From the NCBI GenBank assembly GCA_000320545.1, contig ADNK01002821.1:1-64000 (forward strand): 64,000 bases of DNA, read 5' to 3'. Positions 12,039-23,260 of the stretch are shown one piece after another (position 1 is the stretch's first letter; every line of letters begins with the position of its first letter). The notes beneath the pieces are model-generated. The model had not been told where the DNA came from. It searched no databases and was given only the letters and a program-made list of their open reading frames with translations. The position numbers were made by a program, and so were the translations under genes. The stretch is from Bigelowiella natans CCMP2755 (taxonomy: Eukaryota > Protista > Cercozoa).

Positions 12039-13709
12039 ATGGGTGCTGCAGGCGCTTCTGCAATGTTAGACGCTGCCAAGAAGAATGATCTGAACAAGAT
12101 GAAGAGTTTGCTAAAGAAAAAGGCGGATCTTGAGGCCAAAGATGATGATGGTAGTTCAGGGTGAAATAGATGATGTGAATGGAAAAAATAGGTGTTTGGT
12201 CATGTTGCATCGTTTGTTTGTGCGTGTGTGTGTCTTTGGTAGTAGTGCTGATGATGTTGGACAGCCAATCGCAGTGTTTGGTCACATTGCATCCTTTGTT
12301 TATGCGTGAATGCACATGTGGTCATCGTGAATAGGTAATACGCCGTTGGCCTTGGCCTCTTTGAGGGGTCACAAGGAAACCGTCGAGTGCCTGATCGACG
12401 CGAAAGCGAATCTGGAGAACAAGAGTAATTACGGTGAGAAAAGCCTGAGAGTACGGGCCGTTTGTTGTAGCTCTTTGGTAGTAGTGCTGATGATGTTGGA
12501 CAGCCAATCGCAGTGTTTGGTCACATTGCATCCTTTGTTTATGCGTGTATGCACATGTTGTCATCATGAATAGGTAATACGCCGTTGGCCAGGGCCTCTC
12601 GTAAGGGTTGGAAGGGTATCGTCAAGTGCCTGATCGACGCGAAAGTGAATCTGGAGAACAAGGATAATGATGGTGAGAAAGGCCTGAGAGTACGGGCCGT
12701 TTGTTGTAGCTCTTTGGTAGTAGTGCTGATGATGGTGGACAGCCAATCGCGGTGTTTGGTCACATTGCATCGTTTGTTTATGCGTGAATGCACATGTGGT
12801 CATCGTGAATAGGTAATACGCCGTTGGCCTTGGCCTCTTTGAGGGGTCACAAGGAAACCGTCGAGTGCCTGATCGACGCGAAAGCGAATCTGGAGAACAA
12901 GAGTAATTACGGTGAGAAAAGCCTGAGAGTACGGGCCGTTTGTTGTAGCTCTTTGGTAGTAGTGCTGATGATGTTGGACAGCCAATCGCAGTGTTTGGTC
13001 ACATTGCATCCTTTGTTTATGCGTGTATGCACATGTTGTCATCATGAATAGGTAATACGCCGTTGGCCAGGGCCTCTCGTAAGGGTTGGAAGGGTATCGT
13101 CAAGTGCCTGATCGACGCGAAAGTGAATCTGGAGAACAAGGATAATGATGGTGAGAAAGGCCTGAGAGTACGGGCCGTTTGTTGTAGCTCTTTGGTAGTA
13201 GTGCTGATGATGGTGGACAGCCAATCGCAGTGTTTGGTCACATTGCATCCTTTGTTTATGCGTGTATGCACATGTGGTCATCGTGAATAGGTAATACGCC
13301 GTTGGCCTTGGCCTCTTTGAAGGGTTGGAAGGAAATCGTCAAGTGCCTGATCGACGCGAAAGCGAATCTGGAGAACAAGAATAATAATGGTGAGAAAAGC
13401 CTGAGAGTACGGGCCGTTTGTTGTGGCTTTTTGGTAGTAGTGATGATGATTGTTGGACAGCCAATCGCGGTGTTTGGTCACATTGCATCGTTTGTTTATG
13501 CGTGAATGCACATGTGGTCATCGTGAATAGGTGATACGCCGTTGAACTGGGCCTCTTACAATGGTCACAAGGAAACCGTCAAGTGCCTGATTGATGCGAA
13601 AGCGAAAAATGGTGGGGAAAGTTGGCTACATATAGAAAACATAGTGGAATTATCTTATGATGACGTGATTGTGGAGAGAACTATTACGCCGGTTATTAGT
13701 ACATTATAA
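12039..13709 (+). CDS. Ankyrin-repeat protein, one ANK repeat per 99-nt exon
   Basis: Exon 1 MGAAGASAMLDAAKKNDLNKMKSLLKKKADLEAKDDD. Further exons start at 12335, 12574, 12813, 13052, 13291 and 13531, each GNTPLxxASxxGxKxxVxCLIDAKxNLENK. All introns are phase-1 GT-AG. The 3' end is uncertain. Confidence 0.88.
12230..13605 (+). repeat. Tandem array of 239-bp exon+intron units with a 478-bp A/B higher-order period
   Basis: Acceptors are spaced 239, 239, 239, 239 and 240 nt apart. The exons of units 1 and 3 are identical, as are those of units 2 and 4. Confidence 0.95.
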
Positions 13710-13955
13710 TGAAGTTAAAACTGTGTTTTCTTCTTTGGAATCAGATCGAATTTCTCTCAGACAGGCTTCGGGGAACGGTGTAGAAAACAATGAGCAAATT
13801 TTAGTCAGCGGAACATCAGAGATGCCACAGCACAAAGAAGCAGGAAACCAGGTCACGCTGCCCATTTGATTCAAAAGCAAGCAAATCAAGTATTTGGAAT
13901 AAATTTTGAAATCGTCAGCATCTCTAATATATTATTTTATTAGCCTTCTATGTAG

Positions 13956-14009
<54 letters not shown>

Positions 14010-14455
14010 TTATTTACTTATCTATCTGTTTATTTATATTTATGTCCATATATGTGCACTCATTTAATCGTATTATGCATTATTCACAAATTGTTATCAA
14101 CCGTCTTTTTGTGTATAACATTTCCATCACACTGCTCACACAATCAGCAACCATACAAAAGACTACTTTGCGCTTCTTTTTGTGTGCCCAACCCGGTACA
14201 GTATCTGACATTTGATGTGGGAAAAAAAAAAAAAAAAACAGAACTGCGAAGAACTTCTCCAAAGATTGAGCTCTCTGGGCAAACAGCAAGAAGGGCAAAG
14301 AGAAGGGTCACTGGTCAGGGCTTCCCCATAGCGTTGCCGATTGAATCGCTCATTTGTATTTGTCGCCTTATTAGGTTGCGACGCATATTTGTCACCGCGG
14401 GCGATATCCGACCGATAAATCCCACCTTGAGCGCCATGCACTGCTGTTTCGGCGA

Positions 14456-14915
14456 ATGAAACAGGAAGGTCGGCAATCCAAACCATCAGCAAATTGGCGC
14501 GACGGATGCAGTGGGATGAAGATCTATCATGTTTTAACAGACTCAGATGCCTTCGTGATCTACCTGGAGTGCGATCAGGAAAGCGATAAACCGTCGCAGG
14601 TTTCGAGAAAGTCCAAAGATGAATTTTGGAGAGATCTTTCAGGAGAACGGGTGGAGACCATTCCGCACGTCTTTCAACTTCCAGCGGAGCAAGTGTATGA
14701 GAGGGCAGTCTCCAAACTTGGCAAGAAGAAGGCAAGAGCTGCTACCATGAAGTCTTTCTCATTTCAGATATCCTCAGTATCAATATTGCCAGGGAATCTT
14801 TCTGGAGCGTCGGGTCGCGGTTGGGCAAGATCATTATTCCGTCAGTTCCGAGGTGAAGGACCGATGTACTTGATTGTAAGGGATATGTCGCATTTCTCCA
14901 CCACCCCCCTCTCAC

Positions 14916-14956
<41 letters not shown>

Positions 14957-17900
14957 AAATGTGCTCATCTGCTTACGCTTTCTTGCAAGGCCTTTGTGAA
15001 CTGGTGCATTGAAGGAGAGCAAGTGCTGAATGAAGATCTAGGCCTTTTGTCGTCACTATTAGATTGCGCGGACGTGGTGCACCACCGTAAAGACCGTAGC
15101 AAGTGCAAAGTGGATTCCTACATACTGGCTGAGCATGGAACCAATCGAACCAAAAAGATTTATTGGACCATTCACAAAAAGTAGGGAAGCGTATGGTTTT
15201 CTTCCGTAGTCCCAATCGCAGAATATGCATGATACCAAAAACACACACACACACACACACACATACGCGCGCGCTATTATAAACCTTTCATATAAATTTA
15301 AATATATGTATATATGTATATATATATATATATATATATTCACGGCACTGCGTTCGCTATATATTAGCTTGTTGAATCTATAAATACAGAAAAATGTGTC
15401 ATTATTTCTAATCTTATCGTAGAAACTCGCACGCCGTTCTGGCGTTCAGTGGATCCCAAAACATTGAGAATTGGATACAAAACCTAAAGGTGATACTGAT
15501 GAATTGTCCGATCGAGACATCCTTGTTGTTACTCAATAGCAGATGTTTTCATAATTTCATACAATTTACACGTATCTAGTTTGCGCTAAGGAGCCCCGGA
15601 GAGCTTATATCAAAAGACGTGAAAGTGCACCATGGGTTTCTCGAATACATCGAAGAACTGGGCAAGGCTTTAAGCGAGCTCTACCGCCAGTGTGAGACCG
15701 AGCTTGCTTCGGAGCGTGCTTTTATTGTTTATCTCGTCGGACATTCTCTCGGGGGGGCTCTAGCAAGCCTGGCCGCTGCATGCCTTGTGCTGAACCAGAA
15801 GTTTTCCAAGATAACTTCAAAGGTGACATATTTGTTGGAAAACGACCTTCTCTCACCATTACGCGTATTGTGTACCCTTAGGTTATGCGTGTCGTTACGT
15901 TTGGCCAGCCCTCGGTCGGGGATTCGGCCTTTGCTAAATTGTACAATGAAATAGGGTTAGGCTCGAGAACTACCAGAGTAATGATGTCAAAGGACGCCGT
16001 TCCTGACCTACCGCACACCTATGTGAGCTGGTATCGCCATGTCGGAACGGGGATATATGCGGATGCACTTTTGCCAAGGTTAAGAGTATATTCACCGATA
16101 GAGTTTGCGCCAAATCTGATTGAATTCAAAACACAGGAAGGCTCAGCGGAAATCAACGTGGTGGTCACCTCTGAGTTGGAGGGTCTGGAAGTTTTCCCAC
16201 CTGCCTGCGCCGCACCTTCTTCCGGCATATAGGATGGCTATAGACCAAAAAACGCACTTGGAAAAAATATGCGAAGCTCAATCACCAACGGGCAAACTCT
16301 CTCGAGAAAAAAAGAAGACTAGCACTAATGGGGACCCTAGCCGAGAACCAATATTTGCGAAAATAGTTGATGCCTCCAAGAATGATAGCGAGGCGGTTCT
16401 TTACAACTCAAGACACATGCGGCAGCTCGGAGAAATGCTACGTCACATCCCAAAGGCCTCTCACCAAATGCCAGAAAACATCGCCAAAATTTTCAAATCC
16501 GACACAAAAGAAGTCGCTCTGTCATTCTGCCCCCCTTCCCCCGCACGAGGAGCCGCCACGGAAATGTCCGGACTCGTCACTCTTGGGTCAGGGCTCTACT
16601 ACGAGAAGATCAAGAGCGACCTGCGGCGCGAACTCCATAGCCAAACAGACGAGATTAAAAATGAGGTGCGAGACTGTAAGCAGCACATGGACGATGGTTT
16701 CACACATATCAAAGGAACTCTTGCACAGATGAAGGAGACGATGGAGCTTCAAACGGTCCAGCTGTCTCATATCATCAGCGGCCAGGAGATGACCCACAGA
16801 CAGTTGGAAAAAATCAACAGTAAGCTCGACGAAATTCCGAGGCTAATTCAGAAAAGTGATAAGATGAAGCTGGCTAGGGAATACCGTGAGCATTGGAATA
16901 AGGTGCAGCATAGCTACAACAGAGCATCACAGCGTGGTTCCGACGCACATAAGTCTCTAAAGTCGGTATCTAAGAACATGATTTTTCATATCAAAAGCGT
17001 GCTGCAAACTTATTGCCCGAATCCCGGTCACCAAATGCGGCTGCCTTACGTCGCTGGCTTTGTTTTCGCGTCTCGCGCTAGGATGGACGCTTTCCTTTTT
17101 GAAGCAGCTCCCACTCATAGCTACGAGGCCAGCCAAGGCGCCACCAAGTATGACAACTACCAAAGGTGGGACAAAACGAAAGTGGCGGAATGGCTGAACA
17201 AGCATGACTCTCCAGATGTCCAGGACTGCTCTGACCAATTTCTACAGGAAGGGATAAATGGCAGTGTTCTGAAAGAGTTGAATATAGATGAAGATTATGA
17301 CAATTTCTTTGCAGAGATGAAGTTCGGAGGCGTTGGTCGCAAACGGCTTCTGAAGAAGTACATCAAGTCATTAGAAAATAGCCCGGGAAAGGAAGTGAAA
17401 GAGGACCATGATGCGTTGGAGTTTATTCGTGAGGCAGCGAATCTAATCGACGAAGAGTTGTCCCATATAGCTCAATGCTCCCGCTTCAACCTGGCTGAGA
17501 TCGTTGAGCGACATTTTTCAACCATGACCCAGTTGATGTCCCTACGCCATGGTTTGTTTTCCGGACTTCGGAACAACTCTCGCACCGCCGCTCTTTCCTC
17601 AAAGGAGGGCAAGGTTTCGGACTATGCCAATCAATGGCGGATTGTAGAGCAGGTCCGGGACATCGTTCTCCGCTTGGGGAAGATTCCCCGAGAGTGCGTG
17701 CGCGCGCTGGTAGAGGCTGTAGCTCCCGGGGCCCATGCTTCGTTTTTCGCGTCTCTCAATGTGGAATTCGAAGGAGAGATGGCAAGTGTGAAGCCAGCCG
17801 CAAGAGCGATTGACATGAAGCTCGTGTCGAAGATGGTAGACACTCCAGCGAACCGAAAAGCTTTAAGGGAATACCTTCAGGAACATCCCTATGCCATAAC

Positions 17901-18469
17901 TCACTTCGACCTTGAAAGCTTGGAGGAGGTGGTCGTCTCTTGTTTGTCGCCCGGAATGGATGAAGAACTGCTTCTCAGTCTGATGCATGAAGATCATAAA
18001 CGCTCTTGGGAAAGCAAACGAATAGCATCAAAGATAACGTCCATGACTACAAAGCACCCGCTCATTTGTTTGACTGCCCACCACCGTCGGGTCGACGTGG
18101 TTGGAATGATTCATCAGGAAGAGAATGGCTTGGAAGCGCTTCGAGCATTGATGCATATGAATGTGTTCTCTTCCACGGAAACAGACAACAAAATGATCCA
18201 GAAAATAGTTGAAGACATTGCCCCAAAGCTGAATATACCGAAGGTCCGGCAAAAGCTTTAACTAGACCTACGAATTCCATCTGCATCAATTTGGCTTTCA
18301 TGCATGTGTGCTACTCGAACGACTTTGTGTGTGTTGATTTTGTTCTACTAACGAGCAGGTTCATCGAGAATTTTTATGCAAGACAAATGGAGCCTCTATT
18401 GAAATGCGTCTACAGTTAGCTATGGAATATCTCGAGCTTCTCGCAAAGGTTTCACCAGCATCACAATGA
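14456..18469 (+). CDS. Class-3 lipase domain + coiled coil + SAM domain protein
   Basis: Lipase_3 motifs AVLAFSGSQNIENWIQNLK, VHHGFL, LVGHSLGGALASLAA, VTFGQPSVGD, DAVPDLP, YRHVG. Heptad-rich region ~16600-16900. SAM motif WDKTKVAEWL...FLQEGINGSVLKEL...GRKRLLKKYI. Last exon 18359-18469 follows a CTACTAAC branch point. Confidence 0.85.
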
Positions 18470-19424
18470 GCATCTTCATTGTTGATGGACAAATCTCGTC
18501 GCTAAATCGCGGGAAGCGCAGCTGCTTTTACCATTTGCGTTTTGTGAATTCTCCGTTGGAACATTTGTGCTGGCCGTCACTAGGTCATGTCATATGAGAG
18601 TAAGCGACAACTTAGCAGCGATCTATTACTACTGCACAGATGAACTAGATGAAGTTGTGCAAGACGGATGTAATAAATCAATTAAATTTGCTCAATGGTC
18701 ATCAAGTTGTGCACACGCATGCATACACATACATATATCTAGACATGTATGATTATCCGAGAGATTATTCAGAGACTAGTAACGTTTGCAGCTGATCTAG
18801 TAATGTGTGTACGTGATATATGATGATGATCGAGATATGAAGTACTACTAACAATGTCTTGTTTTACGTACGACACGTAGCGTGCGCCCAACTTTTGCAC
18901 TGGTTAGCTCGCAGTATATAATGTATAATGGTATTGCAGTAGTACCTAGCTTTGCAAGCGTGCATGCTAGCATGCTGCACATCTAGACGCCTGCTATAGT
19001 ATCTAGGTATGGCTGGCACGTCACAACATCCAACCGCGCGCGCGTATGTAACTGGAAGGAATTTCGAATTCTTACAACTCGATGTGAGCATGCTTACATC
19101 TTCTTCTATGATTTCACAGTCTCCATTACTTCATCTTTTTCGCATATATAGCTATTAATCGCGCACATGGATACGATAGATGGTGAAGAGTTGGATAGAA
19201 TGAAATGTAGCATGGATCCGAAGCTGGGATACGAGGCTAGTTTGATCTTTAGAAATATGGTATTTACAATCCCAAGGCTTCTAAGACGGGAGGGGTCTGA
19301 TTTCTTTTTAAATCATTGCTTTACCATATTGCCCCATTTTATATATGTGCTAAGTTTTGATCTATGTTGGTTCGCATCACCAAATTCTTCGTCCCTAGTA
19401 CTACTAACCTCTTCATCATACACT

Positions 19425-20543
19425 TCATTCATTTAAGTTTGGAATGAAATCTGTGCTATCCGTGTGAATCTTAGTCACTACGAATTTCGTAAGCTCATCC
19501 CTTACCCCCCATTTTCGTCGATAATGCTTCTTGGGCTTGTATTTTCCGGCCGTCAATTTCTCCCCTCGTAGGTGCTCTACAACTTGGGCCTCGACAATAG
19601 CCTCTTCCAAGTAAGGTAACCCAAGCTGAACTTTGTCTTGGGCCATTTTCATGAGAAGTACGCGAGGAAGACGGATAACATCGCCTACATTGGCTTTCAG
19701 TCTATTGACTGTGTACCTGATTAGTGTATGCAGTCGTGTAAACAACTCGTATAATTTTCTTGGAGATATTGCATAAATTACCAACGGCCTTCTTCAACAA
19801 TCACTTGTGAGCCTCCAACTTCAACGACAGCGTATTTTTCACCGAGCTGAATGTGTGCAGGATATTTTTTCAGGCTATGGACAACGGCAGTAATGTTCAT
19901 GAGTTAACACCTTAGGTACGCTGTCAGGAACTTGGTAAAACATTGTTTCCATTGGATCAACGTCCACTTTAGGAATACCCAGGGCGTCCGCTCGCTTCTG
20001 CGATTGTTCTGGAAGAAGAGAAATAGTCTCATGAGTTAATTAACAAACCCCCTGAAACTCTTGACCTTATCATTCTAAACATTTTGAAATGTAGGGCAGG
20101 ATAATATTTAAAATACGTTAATAATTATACCTGAAAGAGCCATACTTCTCGGGGAAACACTTCTGCAATTCGTGCTTGTCCTCATATTTCTCATTGTCAT
20201 TGGTGCAATTGATCGCCCTGCAATCGTACGAACCGGCGAGGACAGAAGCCCTATGGGGTGGGAGATGAATTTATGCGTATTAACATCAAGATTACCCCAA
20301 TTATTTAGAGACTGCCACCACTATAAGAGAGCATCCCGTTGATTTAAATATTTCGAGGGAAGTACCACGTGGCATTATACCCCTCCACTCGTCTTTTTCA
20401 TCATACGAAGAATTCGTATACAAACAGCGACTAAATGGTTAAAAATGAGAACCTTGTGTCCCTCCGATGGCGGACAGACCCAGGGCAACTAACAGGAGGG
20501 CAGACAGGAGCATGGCGAGGGGGGGTAGGGGCGAGGAAGCCAT
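19425..20543 (-). CDS. rpl21: Plastid-targeted ribosomal protein bL21 with bipartite presequence
   Basis: Spliced product MASSPLPPLAMLLSALLLVALGLSAIGGTQG-LLSSPVRTIAGRSIAPMTMRNMRTSTNCRSVSPRSMALS...[31 protein letters not shown]...GLPYLEEAIVEAQVVEHLRGEK...YKPKKHYRRKWG. Five exons. Confidence 0.92.
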
Positions 20544-21225
20544 TGCTCCGTTTGAATGTTAAGATATATAGTGGGGTCAGGATTCCTTGATGGGCCCGAT
20601 TAAAATCATGAAAACGAAGTAAATTTTATGTCTCAATATAAATCTGTGTGTCTTTAATTTCTAAAAGTTGCTCACAATCAGACTCACTAAGTTGAAATGC
20701 TTGTAGTAGCAGCATTTTCGTTTGTGCCGTATGAAACCCTTAAAGGCGCGTCTCTCTTGCGAAATGCCCTGCATACCTGGAGGTAGACATGGAAACTAAA
20801 GTCCGGGCCACCCTCACCACAAGCCGCAGGCTATCTCCATCATTATTTTAGATTAAGACATCGGTTACAGGAAACCGGAATATCAAATAATCATGTAAAA
20901 GGGCCATAATTAATTAATCCCGGTAAATCAGTGACTCGAGCAAGAAGTAAATCCACCGCGCCTTTTTATCATCAACTTTTTGTGACCGCCCGAGAAGCTT
21001 TATTAGGACATTTCATCTACTCCGGGGCTGAATTTGACTGATTCACTTGCATAATTCGCCTGCTCACGAAAAATGTGCAGAACCGGAAACTTTGAAAATC
21101 CCCGGTGTCCCGGCAATAACGCTGGGAAATTTCGAGAAATTTCAGGCAGGGCGTCGTGCGCGATTTGCCGCCCCTTCCCTACTGAGTTTACGATTCACAG
21201 CTGAAACATGGCGAGTGCTGGGAAA

Positions 21226-21960
21226 ATGAGCGCCGACGACCTTAAAAAAAACGTACATGATAAAACAAGGATAGAGGGGACAGGCGCGTAGAAACCATAT
21301 ATCATATATTTTCCTGAAAACAAATGGATGGAACATTGAAGCCTTTCCTTTTCTCGCAGATTGCATCCCTTCACAAGTTTCACGCAGTAGAAGTTGAGGC
21401 AAACGGAAGTGGGATCAAGGTACAAAACTTTTGTCAGCGTTTTGTACGAAGGAAGTAATTGGAAATGCTGCTCAGATCGATGATACAGTGAAGACGTTAG
21501 ACACCACCGGGAGCACTTCGATAGATATGCTCTCATTCAACAACAAAAGACCTGATTCGAACGAAAAAGGGAATATGGAGAAGCAAATTGAGCTTCTGCA
21601 CAAATTCCACGAGGTGATATAAAGAGCGAGTTTCCATCATGGATATTTCAATAAAATGATTTGTTTTTTAGATCGAAGTAAGAGCTAACACCCAGTGAAA
21701 GAACACGACGCAAGGTCGGACCTAGGAAGGAATTTTTACGAGATAACAATCACGATATTCCTGTTTAAAATTTGAGTTTAATGCTTCCAAGAGAGGACAC
21801 TGACCAAAAACAGGCACAACAATATGAGAGGAGGGAGATGTTGGTCCGATTCCTCATACGTTCCTCGCAGTGTAGAGAAGGGAGATGACATGTTGTCACA
21901 CAAGAACTCTAGACAAGATGTGGATATCTTGTCGATCTCACGAAATTGAAATCTGTATGA
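21226..21960 (+). CDS. Small hypothetical spliced gene or remnant
   Basis: Splice-compatible segments EVEANGSGIK|IDDTVKTL...MEKQIELLHKFHE|IE. The start and end are not resolved. Confidence 0.3.
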
Positions 21961-23260
21961 AAACGCTTAAAACTGGGTGTAGTTGTGGGCTTCACATTCG
22001 AGGTGGTACCTATAGCTGCGTGATGGACATGTGTTCCTTCTCATGTCACCACTAGACTATGCCCACTGCTTTGGCACAATTTGTTTAACAAACACACCGT
22101 GTATGCGCATGCGTGCGCGCACATATACCACAACGAAACCGCTTCCATGACCAAACGGCACGTGATGACGAGCAAAGCAGTGGAAATCATACGGCGCAAA
22201 ACACGCGCCGCGAAACACTACTAGCACACTAGCACGCTCATCTGGCTCGATCATCATCAGCACGTTACCAAACACTCCACACCTGCAGTTCGATCAGTGG
22301 TGCGTGTGGCACAATGGCAGAACACCTGTCTCTAGATCTAGCCATGCTAGCATGTCTAGCCATGCACACTTGTTTGGTGCACGCATACTGCTGGTAGCGC
22401 TAGAGCGGTGCAGTCACGAACGAAAGAACACAGAACAGAGCATTGCACGTGAAAGTGGAACAGACAAAGGACACTGGTGCACACGTGTGTGTTGCAAGCA
22501 CATTGCATATGCACAATCCATGTGGTCAATGATGGACATGTCCAGACGTGACACCACACAGACTTGTGTGCCTTCTGTTGCTGTGGCCAGTGCACGTCTG
22601 ACAGAGCGTGTAACACCATGTGCAATGTGCATGTGACACAATACAGTGATGTTGCTGTGTTTGCATCTGCCTAGCTGCCGCCGCGTGCATGCTGGCATGA
22701 ATGACATGCAAAGTCCACTTGGTGTTGCAAACCCATCTAGCCATGATGATGATGCGAGCGCCTGCTGTCACGCACAACATGTATTGTGTTGCTGTGTCCA
22801 TCATCGCATCATGCATTTGTGGGATTTTGTCAAGTTGCGCGTCGAGTCATGTGGGCTTGCGCAGCGGAGCTGTCGCACGTGAATTAGCCCATGCTAGCAT
22901 GGCAATGCAACGTGGCGTTTTTTGCCTCACAACTTGTTCATCATGCGCATCGTATCCCAACAGGTGAATCTTTGTAGCCACCATGTCTAGATGCATGTCT
23001 GTACAAATGCACAATGTGGACACAACACATGCACTAGCATGTGCGTGTGTGCATGATGTGCATATAGCTGCAGCATCGCGAAGCTAGATTAGGATGACAA
23101 TTGGAAAGATTTAAACATTCATTGCATCCGTCTCCTGTGTGCATGTGCAAAAATATGCACATTGCACACACAACAACCATAGTTAATACTGCTATCTATT
23201 GTCAAGTACATTTCAAAAATTCCACACAGTCCGCACACATCATTATCATCATTACCTCCA

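Noticed and set aside
12230-13605. CRISPR-like repeat/spacer appearance
   Set aside because: The units are 239 bp, near-identical throughout, and encode spliced ankyrin repeats.
20431-20452. Apparent 22-nt nucleomorph-sized intron in rpl21
   Set aside because: A single longer intron to ~20232 gives a clean transit peptide, so the tiny intron is not needed.
21556-21700. Swi5-like motif MEKQIELLHKFHEIE
   Set aside because: The downstream Swi5 consensus could not be found, and the match is too short to assign.
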